This document shows, piece after piece, positions 56,723-64,000 of a DNA stretch of 64,000 nucleotides (its first letter is position 1; the number at the start of each line of letters is the position of its first letter). The notes under the pieces were generated by a model. It was not told where the DNA came from, ran no database searches, and saw nothing but the letters and a program-made list of their open reading frames with translations. The translations under genes were made by a program, and so were the position numbers. The stretch is from positions 32,001-96,000 of IMG/VR virus record IMGVR_UViG_3300037461_001787, one strand, 5' to 3'. Source of the stretch: a virus.

Positions 56723-57637
56723 ATGATGCAAGTGATCAAGCATGAGATCCCGGGAACGGGCATTTACCTCGATCGAGTCGAGGGTTTTGTTCATCCGCTT
56801 ATCCCAGAAGGCATAGGTGAATATTGCTTTCGCCGTGATCTGGTGGAGGAGATTGCGTATTGCCTGGAGACGGCTACGCACTGCCTCTTAGTTGGAGATG
56901 CGGGGACGGGGAAGAGTTCGATCGTTGAGCAGCTCGCCTTTCAGCTCAATCGGCCGCTGCGGCGGCTGAACCTTCATGGTGAGTCGGATACCACGGTGCT
57001 GCTCGGGCGCGACTATCCTTCGATCGCTGAGGATGGCACTAGGATTTTGCAGTTTCGCCGGGGACCGCTGCCCGAGGCGGTGGCTCTCGGGCACTGGATT
57101 TTGCTCGATGAGATCGACGCGGCGCTGCAACCGGTTCTCTTTTGCCTGCAACAGTTGCTCGAAGAGGGCGGGAAGATCGTGCTGGAGGACGTGGAGGGCA
57201 CGGTGATCCGCCCGCATCCGGCTTTTCGGTTTTTTGCGACCGCCAATTCGGTTGGGATCGCTAGCCGGCATAAATTGTTGTACACCGGGACGATGGCGCG
57301 GATGAATGAGGCTACTTTGGATCGGTTTGGTGTGGTGGTGCACGTTGAGTCGATGTCGGCGGCGTTGGAGCAAGAGGTTATTCGCAAACGGGTGCCTGCT
57401 TTGGATGCGGATTTCATCGAGGCTATTGTGCGCATTGCTGGAGAGGCGCGAAAAGATTTGACCAACGACAAGATCGCCTGCACGTTTTCCACGCGAAGGT
57501 GTTTGCAGTGGGCGCGGGCGATGACCCGCTTTCATCCGTTGCGCGCGGCCAAACTGACCGTTTTGAACAAATTGGCGGAGGATGACTACCGGGTGCTGGA
57601 GGGGGTTGTGCAGCGCTATTTTGGAAAGGAAAAATGA
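56723..57637 (+). CDS. MoxR/CobS-like AAA+ ATPase
   Basis: GDAGTGKS; LLDEID; HPAFRFFATAN; LDRF; STR. Confidence 0.88.
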   Translation: MMQVIKHEIPGTGIYLDRVEGFVHPLIPEGIGEYCFRRDLVEEIAYCLETATHCLLVGDAGTGKSSIVEQLAFQLNRPLRRLNLHGESDTTVLLGRDYPSIAEDGTRILQFRRGPLPEAVALGHWILLDEIDAALQPVLFCLQQLLEEGGKIVLEDVEGTVIRPHPAFRFFATANSVGIASRHKLLYTGTMARMNEATLDRFGVVVHVESMSAALEQEVIRKRVPALDADFIEAIVRIAGEARKDLTNDKIACTFSTRRCLQWARAMTRFHPLRAAKLTVLNKLAEDDYRVLEGVVQRYFGKEK

Positions 57638-57638
57638 C

Positions 57639-58190
57639 GTGGACGATACTGTGTATCGATTGGAATATTATTCGGTGGTAGTGGAGGAGGATTCGAAAAC
57701 TCCAGTGTTTGTTACGCTGGGTGATACTGTGGACGAAATCAAGGAATGGGCAACGCTTCAGATGACTGCGATGTTGGCTACGGCAATGGAGGAAAAGGTG
57801 ATTTTGCCGTTCGACGCATCCAAGATGCAGTTGTGGCCGCGGGCAAAGTTTCGTCGGGAGATTGGGCAGCTTGATTTGCATACTGCGGAGTACGCTGAAT
57901 GGTACGGCCGTTCGATAGTGGCGTATTTGACATTTCGGGTGGGCAAAGAGGTCGAGTGGCTCAGCGCAGCGCTGCGTGCTGGGGAGCACAAAGAAGCTAC
58001 AAAATTTGGGGATTCGCTGCGAAAGAGTTGGTTTCATCTGTTCGCCGCGTTGGAATCCTGTGATGTGCGGCCGGTTATTATCGAGCATGAGCCGGATGCG
58101 CGGTGTGCTTCTTGCTCTGAAGTGCATGATTGCTCCAAGGGGTTGGAGTATATGTTGCACCTGGATCCGGCAAAGAAAATTCTGAACTGA
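57639..58190 (+). CDS. Hypothetical protein with C-terminal CxxC..C
   Basis: AAGGA RBS with GTG start; sits between the AAA+ and VWA genes. Confidence 0.55.
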   Translation: MDDTVYRLEYYSVVVEEDSKTPVFVTLGDTVDEIKEWATLQMTAMLATAMEEKVILPFDASKMQLWPRAKFRREIGQLDLHTAEYAEWYGRSIVAYLTFRVGKEVEWLSAALRAGEHKEATKFGDSLRKSWFHLFAALESCDVRPVIIEHEPDARCASCSEVHDCSKGLEYMLHLDPAKKILN

Positions 58191-59932
58191 TGCCCTTGTC
58201 GTTTACAGAAGCTGCTTTGGAATCCCGGAGTGAACGCATCGCGCGGATGATGACCCGCCAGTACGGGGTGCGGGTGCGCATTGAGGGTTCGCTTGCTTAT
58301 GTGGATTCTTGCACGCTGGAAATTGTGTTGCCCAATTTTAGTGATGCGCATTTAGGAGCATTGGGCAAGGCTTTTGACGGATTTTTAGACCATGAATGCG
58401 CGCATCTCCTGTTCACAAAGTTTGACTGCGTGGCAGCGTTGCGCGAGCCCACACGCGGAATCTGGAATGCGTTGGAAGATGCTTGGATCGAGCGGCGCAT
58501 GTCGCAGGAGTATCCCGGGTGCGGGGAAAATCTAGGCGTGTTGGATCAATTGATTGGCGAGAAGGTGCGGGAGGAATGGGAAATGGTGCCCCATGGGGCA
58601 CGTTTTTTGCACATGGTTGGTTGTTATGCGCGAAAAGGGCGCTGCCCAAAAGAGTTGGAATTGGATGCTGTGGTCCAGAAATGGGTGGAGGCGGCGCGGG
58701 CAGAGCTAGAGCGGGCTTCCAGGATCGCTTCGACGGCCGAGGCCGCAAAATTGGCCGAGGCTATTGTCGCGGCGATATGCTGGAAGGCGCTTGCGCCTCC
58801 TCCATCAGCTGTTGGGGGGATGGAGGGGATGCCTCTGTCGCTGATGGGGGAAGGGGAGATGGATGCTTTGATGGATTTGGCTACGGGTACGGGCCCGCGA
58901 TGCGATGCTGAGTGGCTGGTCAATTCTATCGGAGAGCGGGTAGCGGCAGAGAGCGCAATCGGGGAGAAAGGGAGTGGGCCAGCGGAGTACAACGTGTTTT
59001 CTACTGCTTACGATTTTGATCGGGTTTTTGATAGGGAGGAGCGGCTCGAATGGAGCGCGGAATATCGAGCGCTACGTGAGAAGGTCGCGGACTATATCGG
59101 CACCATGGCAGCGAGCTTAGAGCTGGCTCTGGCCTCCCAGTCTCAGGTGCGTTGGATTGGGGGACAGCGCCGGGGGCGGCGATGGGATCGGCGGGCGTTA
59201 CCGCGTTGGTTTTTGGGGGGAGACGATGATCGTGTTTTTGCCGTAAAAGAGCAGGGGACGGCGCTCGATACGGCGGTCACGTTGCTGTGGGATTGTTCGG
59301 GGTCAATGGGCTCTGTCCGGCACGTCACTTCAAAGTCTGTGTTAGCGCGTTTGGCGGCTGTGGCATTTCACGAGGCGTTGTTGAAGGCGGGAGTGCCGCA
59401 TGAGGTGCTTGGCTTCAATACCTCTGCCAGTCCACCGGCAGAGTTGGTGGACCGGGTGCGTCGAGTGATTGCTGCGGGGGGGAATGTTTCTGCGTACAGT
59501 AGGCTCGATGAGATCGATAATCGGATGGTGCTTGTACCTTTTTCTGGAACGGATGGGCGCGCAATTTGTGCGATTGATGGGCATGGCGCCAATCGGGATG
59601 GAGAGTGTGTGCTTTGGGCTGCGCGGCGTCTTGCTGCGCGCCCGGAGAGTCGGCGGATTCTCATCGTGGGTTCGGATGGCCTACCCCAAGGGGCGATTTA
59701 CAACGATACCGAATGCCGCTATCTCAAGCAGGTGGTGGAACGGATTTCGGCTGCGGGGATTGAGACGATTGGTATTGGGATTCAGAGCAAAGCTGTGAAG
59801 GAATTTTATCCCCGTTCGGTGGTGCTGCGGGATATTTCAGCGTTGCCGGGCGTGATTATGCGAGAGTTAGTCACCCTTTTGACAAGTGAGGCACATCGTG
59901 GAAGTGCAAAAGGAGCAGGTGGAGTATCTTGA
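58190..59932 (+). CDS. CobT-like protein: HExxH zincin-like domain + VWA domain
   Basis: DHECAH..NALED..IE; MIDAS DCSGSM; SDG.P. Confidence 0.85.
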   Translation: MPLSFTEAALESRSERIARMMTRQYGVRVRIEGSLAYVDSCTLEIVLPNFSDAHLGALGKAFDGFLDHECAHLLFTKFDCVAALREPTRGIWNALEDAWIERRMSQEYPGCGENLGVLDQLIGEKVREEWEMVPHGARFLHMVGCYARKGRCPKELELDAVVQKWVEAARAELERASRIASTAEAAKLAEAIVAAICWKALAPPPSAVGGMEGMPLSLMGEGEMDALMDLATGTGPRCDAEWLVNSIGERVAAESAIGEKGSGPAEYNVFSTAYDFDRVFDREERLEWSAEYRALREKVADYIGTMAASLELALASQSQVRWIGGQRRGRRWDRRALPRWFLGGDDDRVFAVKEQGTALDTAVTLLWDCSGSMGSVRHVTSKSVLARLAAVAFHEALLKAGVPHEVLGFNTSASPPAELVDRVRRVIAAGGNVSAYSRLDEIDNRMVLVPFSGTDGRAICAIDGHGANRDGECVLWAARRLAARPESRRILIVGSDGLPQGAIYNDTECRYLKQVVERISAAGIETIGIGIQSKAVKEFYPRSVVLRDISALPGVIMRELVTLLTSEAHRGSAKGAGGVS

Positions 59933-60434
59933 GTATCGAGCAAAGATCGGAGCGCAAAAGTTGTGTAGAAGTTTGCCCGGCGGAGAGTCTGTCCTTGGAT
60001 CTGGGTATCAGGAGCGTCTTTTTGATCGTGTTTTTGACGCATTTGTTTCTCAGAATCCAATAGCGGAAAGGGATTTTGAGCATTTTGTGCATTCGGTGAT
60101 TTTTTTCGAGGCACGGAATATTCGTAATTTGGTTGTGCGAAGGGGATATCTTGATCTGGAATTCAGGGGATATTGTTCTGCTGGCGATGATTGCAGCGAT
60201 TTTTATTGCCGTCAGTTGGAGGCCCGCTCTGACATCGAGTTGTTGCGCAAACGGCTCTCGAAATGGGATTTGGCGTTGATATCTATATTTCTGGAATATG
60301 AGAAGGTGCGTCCGGCGGCGAAGGCCTGGGCCCAACAGCGCGCAGCGGAGGGTAAGTTTCCGCGTGGGCGGAATTGGTGTGCGTATCAAATACGGCGATC
60401 GATCAGGCGGGCGCGGGAAATTTTGGGAGAATAG
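59898..60434 (+). CDS. Possible divergent sigma70/ECF-like factor
   Basis: F..FV...I..EARN..R (region 2-like) and L..RLS......I..C-terminal HTH-like helices. Confidence 0.4.
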   Translation: MEVQKEQVEYLEYRAKIGAQKLCRSLPGGESVLGSGYQERLFDRVFDAFVSQNPIAERDFEHFVHSVIFFEARNIRNLVVRRGYLDLEFRGYCSAGDDCSDFYCRQLEARSDIELLRKRLSKWDLALISIFLEYEKVRPAAKAWAQQRAAEGKFPRGRNWCAYQIRRSIRRAREILGE

Positions 60435-60513
60435 AAAAATCTGGATTTCTGGACTTCGCTGCGATAGGTCTGAATGCGGGCAGTCCAGAAAAATTCCAGA
60501 AAGGATCTGAGTC

Positions 60514-61587
60514 ATGAGCATGCCAAGTTGTTACGGTCAGGTGTGGGAAGGGGTTGCGGGATCCATTTGCGTGGATCAGGGATGCGGGGTGATCGATGAC
60601 TGTCTCATGCGTTTCGCCAGTGGGGTGCTAGTGGACTGGCAGCGGCAGCTGGGTGAGTCGGCCAGCGTTGAGCAGCTCTCCCAGGCCATGGCAGTTAAGC
60701 CAGAGGCGATTCAGCGGGCGCTTGAATTCCAGAAAACTGCAGGGATTATCCCGTTTGTCAAATCAGTTGTGATCCCAGCTCCGGTAGAGCAGGTACTGCC
60801 GCAGGCTTCGCCTGCAATGGTAGAGGTGGCGGTTACTGAAGTATCGGAGGTGGGGTGCCCGTCTGAAGAGCAACAGCAATCTGTTGTGGATGCTCCATTG
60901 GCGGAGGTGGTCGAGATGCCCGTGACCGCGGAAGCAACGCGGGCGCTAGAGGAGGTAGCGGGGATGGTCATTCGGAAGAAAAATAAGGGCAGGGCAAAAG
61001 CCGCGCCCAAGGGCAAAATGCCCAGGGGTACGGGGACGAAAAAGGGGGCGGCGTCAACTGTTACCCGCCGCCCCAAGTCGGCCGGGCCTGCGAAGAGTGC
61101 CAGGGTACCGGCCAAGGGCAACAAGGCGTGTGTGCGCCTTGTTGCGGCACAGGGCGCCAGCAAAAAACGGGGGCGCAAGCCGGCACAGCCGGAACAGGGT
61201 GCGCACAAGAAGTTGGAGCGCAAGTCAGCGGCGGAAGAGCAGAGCCGGCAGTGGGGCCGATCGGCAGCGATGAATCGCAGTCGGTGGCAGCGGGAGCGGG
61301 AGCGGTCATCTCTCATTGCGCAGTTGAAGCCCGGCATGAAGTTGAAGCGACTTTGGGAGGGCAAAACTCTGGAAGTCGTCTGTGTGCGGGACGGGTACCG
61401 GTACCAGGGAGATATCTATCCGACGCTTTACAGCGTGGTGATGGCGATTGTGGGGACAGTTCCCAGAAAGAAACAGAAGAAGGCGGACGGCACAATCCCT
61501 GGGGGTACGCGCAATCTAACAAACTGGTCAGCGCCGAAATTTTTCAGACTCCCCTGGATCATCGGGGGCAAGAAGGGCGCGACGTAA
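60514..61587 (+). CDS. DUF2924/RAMA-like protein with N-terminal Cys cluster and K-rich linker
   Basis: LKPGMKLKRLWEGK..V..DGYRYQG..YPTLYSV...IVG..WSAPKFFRL. Confidence 0.75.
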   Translation: MSMPSCYGQVWEGVAGSICVDQGCGVIDDCLMRFASGVLVDWQRQLGESASVEQLSQAMAVKPEAIQRALEFQKTAGIIPFVKSVVIPAPVEQVLPQASPAMVEVAVTEVSEVGCPSEEQQQSVVDAPLAEVVEMPVTAEATRALEEVAGMVIRKKNKGRAKAAPKGKMPRGTGTKKGAASTVTRRPKSAGPAKSARVPAKGNKACVRLVAAQGASKKRGRKPAQPEQGAHKKLERKSAAEEQSRQWGRSAAMNRSRWQRERERSSLIAQLKPGMKLKRLWEGKTLEVVCVRDGYRYQGDIYPTLYSVVMAIVGTVPRKKQKKADGTIPGGTRNLTNWSAPKFFRLPWIIGGKKGAT

Positions 61588-61592
61588 ATGCT

Positions 61593-61877
61593 GTGCCGGT
61601 GGCGCAGTGGGTGCTGAATTTGACCTCGCTGCAGATGGCGCGGGTCGATTGGCCTGGGCATCCTTCACTTGCGACATTGGCGAGTGGGGATCAGATCATG
61701 CAGATACTCATCTGGGTTCCGGCGTTGAACAAATGGATGCGGATCGGGTCCCAGGGCAAAGGTATTGATGCGCATGGGACGGTCAATGTGACATTTGCGG
61801 AATTCACGTTTTTGGCGCAATCAGCTGAGCGAGGGCTGCCGTTGGATCAAGCTCTCGCTATGTTGCTGACGCGATAG
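61593..61877 (+). CDS. Hypothetical protein (start uncertain)
   Basis: 3' part of ORF 61128-61877 filling the gap before the polymerase. Confidence 0.45.
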   Translation: MPVAQWVLNLTSLQMARVDWPGHPSLATLASGDQIMQILIWVPALNKWMRIGSQGKGIDAHGTVNVTFAEFTFLAQSAERGLPLDQALAMLLTR

Positions 61878-61892
61878 ATTAGGCGGTGCGGG

Positions 61893-64000
61893 ATGGCGGT
61901 GCAGACAACCGGTTTTCACGATTACGTGTTGGAGCATCGCCGTCCCGACTGTCATTTGATCATGACGGGAGATCGCTTTGAGTGGATGATTCGTTTTCTG
62001 GAGGCAAGCCCAATATTGGTTTATGACACTGAGACAAGCGGGCTTGATTGGTTTCGCGATGCCCGGGCGTGCGGGGTAGCTTTTGGCGGAATTTCTGGAA
62101 CGGAGGCCCATCAGTTTTACGTGCCTTTCCGCCATCGCACTGGCGAGCAGCAATTGGACATCGAGCGCATCTCGCCGGCGATTCGTCAGCTGCTCGCCAG
62201 TGCGAAGTTTAAGATCGGTCATCATCTGAAGTTTGATAAGCACATTTCGCATCGGGAGGGTTGGAAAATTGCACCTCCAGTCTATGACACGATGGTTGCG
62301 GCCAAGCTTTACGATGAGAATCGTTTTATCGCGCTCAAGACCCGAGCGGTCGAGGATCTGGGTCGTGAGGATGCCAAGGTTGGCGAGCGCAGAGTGGCGA
62401 TGATGGTCGCGCAGCTCGCCAAGCAGCAGAAGATGGGTATCTCTGAGTACCGCTCGCGGTACGGTTACAGTCAGGTGCCGATTTGGCTGCTCGGGGAGTA
62501 CGCTTGCGGGGATGTGGAGTTTACCCGGTTGCTTTGGCAGTTCTACGAGGATCCGCAGCGCTCCATCTCCCAGCGTTTCCCGCGCATCTGGGCCACTGAG
62601 ATGGACTTGATCGATGTGCTTTGCGATGCCGAGGAGGCGGGGATCGCCATCGATGTGGAGTATCTATCGCGGTTGCGCCAGGAGCTGCGCGATCACCTTG
62701 CGCAGATCGAGGCTGAGATCAGGTTGTTGTTTGATGGGCGCAAGTTAGAATTGGGATCGGATGCGGCGGTGCGTCGGTTTCTGTTGGAGGAGTTACGTTG
62801 TCCGCTGACCAAGCTCACCCGCGGGGGTAAGAGCGGGGAGAAGCAGTTTGCGGTGGACAAGGAGGTGTTGGCTGAGTTTGCTCATGTGCACCCGGTGGTC
62901 CCGCGTATCGTGGCTTGGCGAGAAGCGGAAAAGTTGGCGAACACGTACACCTCGTCGATTCTGGATCGGATTGATTCCAGAAATTACCTGCATCCGGAGT
63001 TTCAGCAGGTGGGAACTACTTCGGGTAGGCTATCTTGTAGTTCACCTAATTTCCAGAATCAGCCGGTGGACGATGACGAACGGGCCAAGCGCTATTCTGG
63101 AAAGTCTCTGGAAGAGGGCGGGGTTGATCCTTGGTCTATTCGTCGGGCTTACGTGGTGGGAAGGCCGGGGTGTGCTAGATTGTTTTTTGATTACTGCCTT
63201 GCGCCGGAGACGCTGGTGGAGACGGTTGCGGGTAAGCGCCCGTTGGGCGACCTGCAAGCGGGAGACAAAGTTTATACCTATCGCGATGGGAAAATTGCGT
63301 GGGGGGCGGTGACGCGCAGCGTGCGAGTGGGATTTCTCCCGGCGTACCGGGTGACGTTTGACAATGGGGAGAGTGTGGTGGCGTCGGCGGATCATAGGTG
63401 GCCGATTCGGGTGCGTAGACCGGGGAAAGGGGGGCCGCTGGCGGAAGAGATTCGGACTACCAGCGAGTTGCAAGTTGGGGATCGGATGATTCCGATGAAG
63501 CGGGTGCAAGCTAATTACGTCCACCTCTATTCTCGGGGAGCTACGTTGTACACCAAAGAGCATTTGTTGGTGGCAGAAGCGGTATTAGGGCCTTGCCCTG
63601 CGGATTACGTGGTGCACCACATAGATGAAGATAAAAGCAACAATCATTTTTCTAATTTGAAATATGTGCCGCGGGGAGCGCATTTCAGTGTTCATGGGAG
63701 AGCGAATTACCAAAAGCAAGATCACATAAAGCGGCTGGCGGCTTTACGGGTGGGGTTGGCGGATCGGCGTAACTATGCTGGGGCGGGGAATCCCAATTTT
63801 GGGAAGCAGAAAGGCGCGCCAGTGGAGTGCGCTTGCTGCGGGAAAGTCTTTTATCGTCCGCCCAGTCATGCGGCTAAGTTTTGTTCGCAAAAATGCTATT
63901 TCCAAGCAAAGCGCGACGGGAATAATCATCGGGTGGTGGCGATTGAATTTCTTGGGGATCGGGAAATGGCCGCGATCACGGTAGAGCCTGATCATAATTT
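61893..64000 (+). CDS. polA: Family A DNA polymerase with 3'-5' exonuclease, intein-containing, truncated by the window end
   Basis: Manual translation: YDTETSGL (ExoI), GHHLKFD, YACGD, GTTSGRLSCSSPNFQN, IRRAY..FFDY (motif A). Absent from the ORF track because it has no stop in the window. Confidence 0.92.
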   Translation, partial: MAVQTTGFHDYVLEHRRPDCHLIMTGDRFEWMIRFLEASPILVYDTETSGLDWFRDARACGVAFGGISGTEAHQFYVPFRHRTGEQQLDIERISPAIRQLLASAKFKIGHHLKFDKHISHREGWKIAPPVYDTMVAAKLYDENRFIALKTRAVEDLGREDAKVGERRVAMMVAQLAKQQKMGISEYRSRYGYSQVPIWLLGEYACGDVEFTRLLWQFYEDPQRSISQRFPRIWATEMDLIDVLCDAEEAGIAIDVEYLSRLRQELRDHLAQIEAEIRLLFDGRKLELGSDAAVRRFLLEELRCPLTKLTRGGKSGEKQFAVDKEVLAEFAHVHPVVPRIVAWREAEKLANTYTSSILDRIDSRNYLHPEFQQVGTTSGRLSCSSPNFQNQPVDDDERAKRYSGKSLEEGGVDPWSIRRAYVVGRPGCARLFFDYCLAPETLVETVAGKRPLGDLQAGDKVYTYRDGKIAWGAVTRSVRVGFLPAYRVTFDNGESVVASADHRWPIRVRRPGKGGPLAEEIRTTSELQVGDRMIPMKRVQANYVHLYSRGATLYTKEHLLVAEAVLGPCPADYVVHHIDEDKSNNHFSNLKYVPRGAHFSVHGRANYQKQDHIKRLAALRVGLADRRNYAGAGNPNFGKQKGAPVECACCGKVFYRPPSHAAKFCSQKCYFQAKRDGNNHRVVAIEFLGDREMAAITVEPDHN
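63195..64000 (+). mobile_element. Intein with HNH endonuclease in polymerase motif A (partial)
   Basis: DY|CLAPETLV; block B ASADHRW; HLLVAEAVLG..VVHHIDEDKSNN..SNL; CACC..CSQKC; VVAIE..ITVEPDHN at the window end. Confidence 0.88.

Noticed and set aside
56723-59932. Cobalamin biosynthesis (true cobS/cobT) as auxiliary metabolic genes
   Set aside because: No cobN or other cob genes; the context is replication, so a generic MoxR-VWA chaperone is more likely
1-64000. tRNA/rRNA genes, integrase, terminase, portal, stop-codon recoding
   Set aside because: None recognised. Genes end normally at TAA, TAG and TGA with dense packing. Terminase and portal probably lie outside the window.

Overview
This 64-kb window is part of a large myovirus-type dsDNA phage genome, roughly 55-60% GC, with essentially all credible genes on the + strand. 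From left to right it holds: (i) a 2443-aa multidomain protein (HipA/PI3K-like kinase, two RAMA/DUF2924-like domains, five LPxGT..K..W repeats, C-terminal ADP-ribosyltransferase-like domain), a small acidic partner and a Com-like zinc ribbon; (ii) an SPO1/Twort (Herelleviridae)-type head module of protease, scaffold and major capsid; (iii) about 10 kb of accessory virion genes, including a permuted NlpC/P60 enzyme and an atypical CheY-like receiver; (iv) neck, sheath, tube, chaperones, tape measure, baseplate and fibre genes; (v) a holin/spanin-like membrane cassette; (vi) a ~1.2-kb largely non-coding control or origin-like region with NtrC-like palindromes, an AT-rich tract and a helically phased GATC array; (vii) a replication module with an intein-split SF2 helicase, DnaB-like helicase, primase, RHH protein, CobS/CobT-like AAA+/VWA pair, sigma-like protein, DUF2924 protein and a family A DNA polymerase whose HNH intein runs off the window. 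The strongest unexplained signal is a dispersed motif, TTCCAGAA/TTCTGGAA, whose 7-mer core occurs about 100 times by hand count against about 8 expected. All family calls rest on motif recognition by eye; no database searches were run.
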